From Felis catus (Eukaryota): a stretch of DNA of 64,000 nt. Position numbers and translations under genes: made by a program. The stretch covers positions 62,994,001 through 63,058,000 of the forward strand of contig NC_058368.1 in NCBI RefSeq assembly GCF_018350175.1. The letters run 5' to 3'. The notes beneath the pieces were generated by a model. It saw only the letters and a list, made by a program, of their open reading frames with translations, did not search any database and was not told the DNA's origin. Of the stretch, positions 36,993 through 47,615 are shown piece after piece; within the stretch, counting starts at the first letter, position 1, and each line of letters opens with the position of its first letter.

Positions 36993-39269
36993 GTTTTCAT
37001 ACATTTTTAAAATTCTTCTTTGGTTGACCCAGAGGATGTTCTTTAAACTCCATGCATTTGGAGGTTTTCCAAAACCTTTCCTGTTGATTTCAAGTTTCAT
37101 AGCATTGTGATCTGAAAATGTGCATGGTATGATCTTGATTCTTTTATATTTATTGAGGGCTGTTTTGTGACCCAGTATGTGATCTCTCTTGGAGGATGTT
37201 CCATGTACACTTGAGAAGAATGCGAATTCTGCTTTAGGATGAAAAGTTGTGAATAGATCTGTCAAGTCCATCTGGTCCACTGTTTCATTCAGGGCCATTG
37301 TTTCTTTATTGATTTTCTGCCTGGATGTTCTGCATTGCTGTAAGGGGAATGTGAAAGTCCCCTGCAATTACCACATTTCTACCAATAAGATTGCTTATGT
37401 TTGTGATAATTGTTTTACATATTTGGGTGCTTTCAAATTCAGTCCATAAACATCTATAATTGTTAGCCCTTCTTGATGGATAGACCCAGTAATTATGATA
37501 TAATGCCCTTCTTCATCTCTTGTTACAGCCTTTAATTTAAAGTCTAGTTTGTCTGATATAAGTATGGCTACTCCAGCTTTCTTTTGGCTTCCAGTAACAT
37601 GATAGATCTCCATCCCCTCACTTTCAATCTGAAGGTGTCCTCAGGTCTAAAATGGGTCTCTTAAAGACCACAAATAGATGGGTCTTGTTTTTTGTTTTTG
37701 TTTTTTTATCCATTCTGATACCCTATGTCTTTTGATTGGAGCATTTAGTCCATTTACATTCAGTGTTGTTATTGAAAGACAGGGATTTAGAGTCATTGTG
37801 TTATCTGTAGGTTTCATGCTTGTAGTGATGGTCCTTGCAGAATTTCACTCACAGAGTCCCCCTTAGGATCTCCTGTAGGGTTGGTTTAGTGGTGATGAAT
37901 TCTTTCAGTTTTTGTTTGGGAAAACCTTTACCTCTCCTTGTATTCTGAATGACAGGCTTGCTGGATGAAGGATTCTTGGCTGCCAATTTTTCTATTCACA
38001 TTGAAAATTTCTTGCCACTCCTTTCTGGCCTGCCAAGTTTCAGTAGACAGGTCTGCTACTACCCTTAGGTGTCTACCCTTGTAGATGGTTAAGGCCCATT
38101 TATCTCTAGCTGCTTTCAGAATTCTCTTTATCCTTGTATTTTGCCAGTTTCACTATGATCCGTTGTGCAGAAGGTCGATTCAGGTTAAGTCTGAAGGGAG
38201 TTCTCTGTGCCTCCTGGATTTCAATGTCTTTCCTTTCCCAGATTTGGGAAGTTCCCAGCCATGATTTCTTCAGGTATACCTTCAGCCCCTTTCTCTCTCT
38301 CTCTCTCCCTCCTCCTCCTGGAATTCCTGTGATACGGATATTGTTCCATTTGATTGCATCACTTAGTTTTCTAATTCTCCCCTCGTGGTCCAGAATTATT
38401 TTATCTCTATCTCAGCTTCATCTTTTTCCATAATTTTATCTTCTATTTCACCTATTCTCCCCTCTGCCTCTTCAGTCTTTGCTGTCACCGCCTCTAGTTT
38501 ATTTTGCACCTCATTTACAACATTTTTAAATTCATCATGACTAATTTTTAGTTCCTTGATGTCTGCAGCAATAGATTCTCTATCTTCTATACTTTTTTCA
38601 AGCCCAGCAATTCATCTTACAACCATTATTCTAAATTATTGTTATATCGTTTGTATCTGTTTTGAGCAATCCTTTAGCATTTCTTCCCGGAACTTCTTTT
38701 GAGGAGAACTCTTCCATTTTGTCATTTGGGCTAGTTTTCTGTCCCTTATATGCTTTAAAAGATTGTTATGTGCCCTGAACCTGTGAGCACTACTATATTA
38801 AAGAAGGGGTCATACGCTGTCTAGGGCCTGGCCCTTCTAGGAGGTGTTTTGTGGAGTGTGTTACCTGCTCTCTGTTGTTGTGACTTTGGTTACTTTATCT
38901 CCCTATTCATAATGATGTTTTGGACCCTCGCTAGGTGTGCTTTGATTTTCTTCATTGAAGTAGCCCTGGAAAGGAAAACAAACAAAAAACAGAAACACCA
39001 GCTACAAGTAAACAACAAGGTGGAGGCAGTGCTGATGGAAGAAGTTTTATCCCATACAAAGAGAGAAATGACAGGATCAGGGAAAAAGATAAGAAAAGAA
39101 AACTGACCAGAGAAACTATATGGTTTAGTCCAGAGAGAGAGAAAGGAAAATAAAGAAGGAGGTGTAGAATATGTATCAAGAGAATAGATTATATATGTCT
39201 GCTTAAACCAACAATTAGAATAACCAGACTAGAGGAAGGAAGGAAGAGAAAAGGAAGAAGAAAAAAAAT

Positions 39270-39319
39270 TATATATATAGATACATATATATGTGTATAT
39301 ATATGTGTGTATGTGTATG

Positions 39320-39353
<34 letters not shown>

Positions 39354-39373
39354 TGTATATGTGTGTGTGTGTA

Positions 39374-39429
<56 letters not shown>
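39270..39429. repeat. Compound (TA)n/(TG)n/(CA)n microsatellite inside the L1-C 5'UTR
   Basis: Seen directly. Confidence 0.97.
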
Positions 39430-39432
<3 letters not shown>

Positions 39433-42270
39433 TTTTCGAGAATTAAATCAGGCAATGCAACAGCACTGGTCTGGAGGAGGGGCTGTCTGGTTGGTCAGCG
39501 TGTATCTGGCTCCAGTAGGTACACAGTTACCAGGAGTGGAGGGACATGGTTTGGCGTAGGTGTGTCCTGCCTCCACTGTAGTCCCCCCACCCCCGCCCTC
39601 TGCCTGCCATTCCCTGAAGCCCCACCTTGATGGTGATGGGGAGAAAAATGGCAACACCCTGGTCTCTCCTCCCCGGATCAGGTGTCCCACACCACTCTGT
39701 TCAGGCAGTCCTCACAGTGCCGTGTGGGCTCTAGCGGGCCATTTCCCTCTCCCCCTCCAAGTCTCCGGTGCCTCCCTGGGGCTTCTGTGGGATTCAAATT
39801 CAGATGTATTGAAGGGTCCTGTTCCATGTGCCCTGGTTTCAGGGAAGTGCCACTCCACCCCACCAATGGTGGGGCTCCTCCCACTACCACGTGGGCATGA
39901 ATGAGGCAGTTTGTCCCACTCTGCTGACTCCCAAGCTAGTGCTCAGCTGGGATTTAAACCCCAATGTCTCTGCACCCCAGGTCTGGGAAAGTGCTGCTCT
40001 GCCCCTCCAATAAAGGGCCTCTGGCTGGCGGGGGCAGGCAGTCTTTGTCCTTTGAATGTTCTCCAGGGAGGGTGTTGCTTTCTCCCACTGTGGACTGCAC
40101 CTCTGAGCTAGTTACTGGGCCTAGGGCTGGCTCCCCCCCTCCCCAGGTGGGTGAACTGGGAAGCCCTCCCCAGTCCAGAGAAAGACCTGAAATTAGAGAT
40201 TGGATCTTTCCCTGTCCCAGGTTGTGGTTTTTTCTTGTCCAAATACAGCCCTACACTTCTACAGCCTCTCTTTCTCTTCCCTTTGTCTCTCCGCAGAAGG
40301 GGATCCCTCCCCTCCATGCCTACGGTGACTTTTTATCTTTCCCAGTTTGCATTCATGCACCTATGGCCTGCAAAGTTGTCTCCGTGGGCCCCTGAAGATG
40401 TCTGTCACTCTGCAGCCCAGACTCTTGGAATTCAAAGTCCTTTGACCTTGACACTGCTGTGTTTGAGGGAGGAGGGAACTTCAGGTTCCCCTCATCTGCC
40501 ATGTTGGATCTCCTTTCCAGTCTGAATCCTTTTGTAAGACCTTAGGAATATCTCTAGGAGAACTTCTCCTGTATTCTCTTTTACTTTCAAGGATTGTAGT
40601 TTCGGGCTTACCTTCTACTGTAGTTAGAAGCATGGTCGTCTTGAAACTCTCTCACACAAAGTGATAGAACTAGAAAATGTTGCCCTCAAGACGATCTCTC
40701 ATCGATCTAAAAATTAACAAAAAGATAAGGCTCAAAGTAGTTAAATTCTCACAGCTGTGTGTTAAATTAGCATGACAGAACATCTGCTTTCTAACTTTGA
40801 GCTTTCTACCACGTACCATGGTAAATAAGATGAGCATCAGTTTTAAATTTTGTGCTGGGCTTTTTGTCTCTGAATTATTTGACGAGACAATATTGTAAGT
40901 ATTTTTGTGGGGAACTAAGGAGAGCCACAAGTCACACTGGACACTTGATAGAGTTTTGTTTTTTGTTTTTAACCTAAGGATGATGATTATAAAAACCCAA
41001 ATGTAATTAACATTAAAAAAAAAATCCCTAACTTTTAAGTGAACTCAAATTACTCAACAGTGCAACATTATCTGGGACCAGTAAAGCAATTACAGGAACA
41101 AATACTTTCTTTTCAGTAAAATGAGATAGACCCAGGTGCAAGACCTATTTATATCTGTCTTCCCCCCCCCCCTCCTTTTTTTTTTTTCTGGAATGAGTTT
41201 CAAGGAGAAATGAAATTTTGAAAGTAGATGACTCGATTATGTAAATACATTAATTATATATGGAACAGATTCTATTTTATGTTTTTTTTCTACTTTTCCT
41301 TATGACTAGAATTGTTTTTAGATACGTGCATTTTCCAGGGTTCTGAGAAGGTAAATGTTCCATAAATGTGCACCACTTAGAAATACAGTTCAATTAACTG
41401 TGCCCTCTATCGCTCCTCCAGGTACAATTATTTTGTAATGGGTAATACAATTTTAGTATCAGTGAGATGCATTGCTAAAAGTTTCCACGGACCTTCCACC
41501 TAATTTGAAGACACGATACTATTATGGCCTCATAAGTAGGTTATTAGGCTTAAGTTTACGCTAGAGGAAGTTTAAAAGCTGATATCCTTCCGCAGGACCA
41601 CAACAGTTACTGTTCTTTAAAAAAAACAAGTGCGTTTTTCACTGTTGGCAAATATTGGTTGCACTATCACTTTTAAATCATGATGCTTTTTTGTGTACAT
41701 AGGCCTACATCCAACACAGCAGAACACTGGTGCTACCATATGGTTCGTACGGAAATCGTTTACACCAAAACGACCCTAAAGGGCTTCTGAAAGTCAGGAC
41801 GTTTGAAAAATCCCTGTGACTCATTTCAAACATAACTGTTAAGTAGAAGAAATAGATAGACATGGATGTGTCTCTGATCTCTGCTCTTCAATCAACAATC
41901 CATTGTTCTTTATTTCCCTTTTCCTAAGTGGAAATCTCTCAGACTCCTAAAGGAAAATGTCTTTATTCTGACCACATTCAGGTGTTTTCTAAGTGTTGTT
42001 CCTTCCCTATACACCCATTCTTTGATTTCTTTTACCACATATAAATTTATATTGTGATATCCCTCCCATGTATAAGACCTATATCCTCAGTCTGTTAATA
42101 AAAATCACAGAATTTACTAAAAATACAGTTTCAATCCATCAATTGCAAGCAGACTGACTGTCTTTAACACTTTGTGTGAAATAGCTGGCCACTTACTACC
42201 AGTGAGCTTTAGAGTGGTTCTCCTTTGTATCTTTGTGACCTGGCAGCTTTCTCATCTTAATTCTCAGCCC

Positions 42271-42630
42271 AGGGCACATGCATCCCAATGTTTATAGCAG
42301 CATTATTGACAATAGCCAAGGTTTGGAAAGAGCGCAAAAGTCCATCAACTGAGGAATGGATAAAGAAGATGTGGTATATATAATACAATGGAGTACTGGC
42401 GATCAAAAAGAATGAAATCCTGGCATTTGCAACAACGTGGATGGAACTACAGTGTATTCTAAGTGAAATAAGAGAAAGACAAATATGATTTCACTGCTAT
42501 GTGGAATTTCAGATACAAAACAGATGAACTTAGGGAAAGGGAAGCAAAATTATAAAAAAAAAAAAAAAAGACAAACCATAAGGGACTCTTAAATACAGAG
42601 AACAAACTGAGGGTTGCTGGTGGGGTATAA
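42271..42630 (+). mobile_element. Carnivore L1 fragment (ORF2 C-terminus plus part of the 3'UTR)
   Basis: cacatgcatcccaatgtttatagcagca...gaatggataaagaagatgtggta...aacaaactgagggttgctgg. Confidence 0.88.
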
Positions 42631-42758
42631 AGGCTAAAGAAGTGAGGGGGAAAAAAACCCCAACAACTGCAGAGTGAATAATTGAAGAATTAAAAGAAAC
42701 AGTATAATTGCCAGATACTAATTTTAACTTTAAGATTTCCATATAAAAGATTCATTTA

Positions 42759-42963
42759 GGGGCACCTGGGTGGCTCAGTGGGTTAAGCATCCGGCTTCAG
42801 CTCAGGTCACGATCTTGCAGTCCGTGAGTTCGAGCCCCACGTCGGGCTCTGGGCTGATGGCTTGGAGCCTGGAGCCTGCTTCAGATTCTGTCTCCCTCTC
42901 TCTCTTCCCCTCCCCTGTTTGTGCTCTGTCTCTCTCTGTCTCAAAAATAAACGTTAAAAGTTT
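42759..42963 (+). mobile_element. Can-SINE (felid type)
   Basis: ggggcacctgggtggctcagtgggttaagc. TSD aaagattcattta (42746-42758) / aaagattcactta (42964-42976). Confidence 0.94.
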
Positions 42964-43375
42964 AAAGATTCACTTAAAAATGTTGATCTCTTGTATGTGA
43001 GAAATTGTGCTTAGCATTGTTCCTGCTGCAAAGGTGACTAAGTGAAAGAGGGTGCTTCCTCAGCCAGGACCAGTATTGAACGATACCATACACACAGGGC
43101 TGGCATGCCTGTGCATCCAATTGGAAAGTCAATCATGAGCTTCTAACCCTGGAAGTTACTTTTCACTGAACAGAATAAGAGAGTTAATACCATCAACACA
43201 CAAAAATCTCTCAGACTCCTAATGTATTGAAATGATCTAGACAGCTCCTACTTGAAGACTACCTACCCATCGTAGAACATTTATATTTTAAAGGAGTAAT
43301 AAAAACATTTAAAGGGATTGAGTACAGTATCTGTCTAGCAGGCCAGCATTTGAAAGGAGATATTTTATCCACTTT

Positions 43376-43563
43376 TTTATTTTTAAGAGAGAGAACGCAC
43401 ACATGTGAGGGAGCAGGACAGGGGCAAAGAGGAAGACAGATGATCTGAAGCTTGCTCTGCATTGACAGCAGAGAGCCCGATGCAGGGCTCAAACTCCTGA
43501 ACTGTGAGGACGTGACCTGAGCCAAAGTAGGATGCTTAACCAACTGAGCCACCCGGGTGCCCC
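43376..43563 (-). mobile_element. Can-SINE
   Basis: Reverse SINE; tatccacttt repeated at 43366-43375 and 43570-43579. Confidence 0.92.
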
Positions 43564-43594
43564 TGTGTGTATCCACTTTGAATTAAAGCTCTCT

Positions 43595-43817
43595 GTTTTT
43601 AATTTTAAGTTTATTTTTGAGGGAGAGGGGGAGAGAGAGAAAGGAGCCCTGCATTGGGCTCTCTGCTGTCAATGCAGAGCGAGCAAAGAAAGAGAATCCC
43701 AAGCAGGCTCCATACTATCAGTGCAGAGGTGGGTGCAAGGCTCAAACTCAACAATGGTGGGATCGTGATCCCAGAAGAAAGAGAGTCGGAAGCTTAACCG
43801 AGCCACCCAGATGCCCC
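43595..43817 (-). mobile_element. Can-SINE (diverged)
   Basis: agagaatcccaagcaggctccatactatcagtgcagag...cttaaccgagccacccagatgcccc. Confidence 0.88.
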
Positions 43818-43986
43818 GAGGTAAAGCTTTCATAAGCACCTGACACACATCTCTGCCCCTTTCCACAGGACTCTGCTTTCGCCATCCCCTTTACAGGCCC
43901 CTTCTGGACAAAGTCTAGAGAATGTTGGGAATTTAATATTTTTACTTCAATTATATGTATTGTGAATATACTAAAAATACACCGTT

Positions 43987-44436
43987 AGGGTATTTTTGAC
44001 ACGGGAGTGGTGGTTGTCCCCTTAGCACCATCAATGATTTCTTCAAAAGCTGCCATTCCATTTCTCGGAATTCCTTTTCTGTGCTGCTCATGGCTATTTG
44101 CTGAGGAGAGGAACCAATGAGAGATTTGCAAAGTGGACGTTTAGTGGAAGTCAGGATTTTCAGTGTCACACCGGCCCCTGATGGGGCGTGTTGCCAGAGC
44201 GCTTCCTGCCCTGCAGTTTACAGGCTTCCCTGCGCTGTGTGCCTGCCTCCAGCACCTCCTGCTTTTGTAGCAAGTTATCGGTTGTGGTATCTGATTGCTG
44301 GCTGCCGCCTTCCTAATCTTTAGAACTTCATTCAGCTCCTTCTGCAAGGCTGGAAACCCTGATTCCTACATGAAATTTCTCATCCCATAATAATTGTAGT
44401 GTTTTTTTTTTTCTCAACCAAACCCAGTCTGATACT
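43987..44436 (+). mobile_element. Old ERVL-class LTR (LTR33-like)
   Basis: gagaggaaccaatgagagatttgcaaagtgga...; 3' end ctcaaccaaacccagtctgatac resembles an ERVL LTR terminus. Confidence 0.45.
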
Positions 44437-46539
44437 ACTTGCAGAGAAAAATGTTAGTATTTTTTACAGTACAAAAAAAAAAGCCTTTCACATTTGGAGG
44501 TGATAATGATGGCTGAGGCTTACTCAAGCCAAAAACATAAGTAATTTTCAAAAGTATGTTCAACTTTCTATGATTTTTGATTTGTAATAAGGAGCAAGGT
44601 TTAAGACTTAGAGGTTTTTCTTTTTCATAAATACCTAAAATTGAGGCCCAAATATGTTAAAAGATATAGCCAATACTGTGTTTTGTTTTAAATTTCATAC
44701 AATGGATTGAGGGTTTTTTTTGTTTTGTTTTGTTTTTAGATTTCAATATATAAAGTTTTACTCTATAAAAATTTCACATAAAATTTTTTTACATAGGTTA
44801 TAGATGCTTTCTAATATATTTCCATAGAAAATACAGAAATAAAGATAATTATAATTTCTAGATATTTTCTGTTGTAGTTCTCTATAATACATATAAATAC
44901 TGTTGAATGTATCCATACCTCCCATCAAACCAAAGCCAGCAAAAACATTGTTACCTCACTAAATGCTTTCAAACAAGAATTCTAATTTTAAACAAGATCG
45001 TCTCTCTTGATTTTACTGGAAGTCAGTGGTACATGAAAAAATTATTACATTGCTAAGATCATTCTCATCAGTCAGGTTGAAGAGCAGCGTGACCAAGAGA
45101 AAGCTAAGCAAAATTTATTTCTTGATAAAATGCTAATTTCAATGTTCTCTCATGCAAATTTCCTACTCTTAAAATGTTTATGCTCACCGTGCATCATAGT
45201 ATGTATGAAAATAGGATGACTTAACAACTGCATTTTTTTGAAACCTGTGCTCTTATCAAAGAAGCTGTGCCGTTTTCAAGGGCCATTTCCTAATTCATTA
45301 TATAAAATAACCCAGTATCAAAGATTTTCTTCTTGTGACAATAACATGGGTCAAGCTAATGCTTTGAAAAGGACAATAAGGGTTGTAGACAAGCTGGCAT
45401 GACTTTGGCTGCAATAACGAATCATAAAACACTGTTAAATAAATTCCATGTGCTACTCCTCACCATGAATCCCTCTAAATAGAGTTGTCCTGGTGGGAGG
45501 GCCACATTATCAAGCTCAGTATAAAATTCAGAGCATCTGCATGGAGTTAAGAGTGGAGAGCTCAAGCCTGAAACTACTTATTGTATCACCCAGCAATGGT
45601 TTTTGCTGGAAGATAAATGTTTGCATCTGAAAATCAATCAATATATTCCTTGACATATAGTTTAAAGAAAGAACACGTGTGATAAAGAATTTAGAACTAT
45701 CAAAACATTTTAAGTCCAATTTTACTATTTAAAATTGTAGTAAAATTTTAAATGTTTGATACATAGTACAGGAGTTAAGTTCTTAACACTGCAGGCTACA
45801 CTCACTCTTCTATGCTTTTTACAGTTGTACATTCCAGTACACGCTGATTTGCAGCTGGCTCACTAAACATCACTAAACATATTTTTGCAGGAGAAATTGT
45901 TCAGAAACAAAATGTTTTTCAACATCAGCTTTTAAGAAAACAAGTTGTTTCTCTCATTTGTACCTTAGGTAGCTCTCAAAAGCAACTTGTTCTTAATTAG
46001 TCAAAATATTTGGTGTTCTAGCACAATTATTTCAGCAAATTCGATTAAAGTTTTAGCCTCCATAAACTGAACACTCTAAGGAATTGTTTTAGAGAAAGTT
46101 TACTATTGTTGTTAAGCGTATTTTAAACTCAATGCGGTTTTGAAGGCTTGTTATGCAGTTTCATTTGTGGAAACAAAATATGTTGTTGGTACCTCATTTA
46201 CTTTAACTCTTCAGTTTTTTTGTACTTTTATGTTCCTTTTCAGACCAGATGAGAGATAATTTATTATAGATGTCCTAAGTGATTTTGACAATTTTTCTCA
46301 GGGAAATTGGAGGTGGCAAAGTTACTGTTTTAACTTCATTTCAGTGTCAACTACGTGAAGAATTTTCAGTAGGACTTTTCTTGAAACAAGTATGGTCTGA
46401 GTGGAAGTAAATGACTATGGGATAAATATAGTTGAGTTATTCTTTTTAATTTTGGGTCTAGTATAATTTCTAAACTTTTTATAAACCTAAGTTTGCATGA
46501 AAAGGCTATTCATAATAAGTTGCTTAGGTAATGTAGTCT

Positions 46540-46680
46540 CTTTTTTATTGAGGTATAATTGATATACAATATTCTGTTTCAGGTGTACATCCGAGATTTG
46601 ATATTTTTATACATAAGGAAACAATCCCTACGATAAGTCACCATCTGTCACCATACAAAGTTATCACAATATTATCTATT
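46540..46680 (-). mobile_element. Old L1 3' end fragment
   Basis: ttttttattgaggtataattgatatacaatatt...tttcaggtgtaca...ccatctgtcaccatacaaagttatcacaatatta. Confidence 0.75.
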
Positions 46681-46723
46681 AACTGCTAATCTATTTTGCT
46701 AATTAATAAAATATTTTGAAGTT

Positions 46724-46929
46724 CGGGCTCCTGGGTGGCTCAGTCGGTTGAGCGTCTGACTTTGCTCAGGTCATGATCTAGCTGATCGTGGGTTTGAGCC
46801 CTGCATCAGGCTCCATTGCTGTGACAGCTTGGAGCTGGAGCCTGCTTCGGATTATGTGTCTCCCTCTTTCTCTGCCCCTCCCCTTCTTGTACGCGCGCTC
46901 TCTCAAAAATAAACAATAAAAATAAAAAA
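46724..46929 (+). mobile_element. Can-SINE
   Basis: gggctcctgggtggctcagtcggttgagcgtctgact...aaaaataaac. Confidence 0.93.
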
Positions 46930-47339
46930 TTTCAAAGTTCTTAATTGCCTTATTACAGTTAATGACCGTCACATCCATCACTGAATATTGTACTATTTTC
47001 CTCAGAATATGCCTTTTAACTGGCAGAATTTTAAAACATGCAGCATAGAAAGTAATTTTATTTTTACTGTAAGTTCCATTTGTAATTTTAAGTATTTTGT
47101 TATTCATTCCTTGACTCTATTCCTGATGTTGTGTTACTGATGAGGTACTATGGTAGCCTGTGTGCTAACATAATCATTGATCACACACTAGTTCAGGAAT
47201 GTCAGAAGTGACAAAGAAGTTGACATTTCCCTATTTTGTCTTAAAAGGGCTAAGGCTGGAGCAGAAGCTAAATGACTGATTTTACTAGTGACTGCAGCCA
47301 GAAATAATATGGAGCATTTTCATCCATGTACACCTTTCA

Positions 47340-47615
47340 CAAGAGATCTTAAGTGCTTGCTTTCTGTGTATAAGGTGCTAGTCTCTGCTGGACATACCGT
47401 GGTAAGCAAAACACACAGCAAAACTTGCCCTCCGTTCTGGATCCGAGGAAGGAGAAGCAGGCAAAAAAAAAAAAAAAAAAAAAAGTAAAAGAGTAAATTC
47501 ATAACTTGGCCAGATAGTGATAAAGCTGTGAAGAAAGAAAAAGGAGTTTGGGAAGGCAGAGTGAGGGATGGTGTTTTACAAATCATGGTCCGGAAGACCA
47601 CTGAAGAAATAACCA
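47340..47615 (-). mobile_element. L2 3' fragment
   Basis: ttaagtgcttgctttctgtgtataaggtgctagt...gatagtgataaagctgtgaagaaa. Confidence 0.55.

Larger units (their letters stand above)
36942..40515 (-). mobile_element. LINE-1 'L1-C': long 5'UTR, ORF1 and the endonuclease domain only (3'-truncated)
   Basis: EN fragments in ORFs 36990-37367 and 37395-37613. Collinear with L1-A ~2430-4190. ORF1 ATG at 38725 (MTKWKSSPQKK). 5' end near CCAACATGGC at ~40507. Confidence 0.92.

Noticed and set aside
39189..39630. ORFs rich in YI/VC/TH repeats
   Set aside because: These are translations of the dinucleotide microsatellite.
41400..41430. ctcctccAG|GTacaa as a recursive splice site
   Set aside because: The regenerated donor GTACAA is a poor match to GTRAG.
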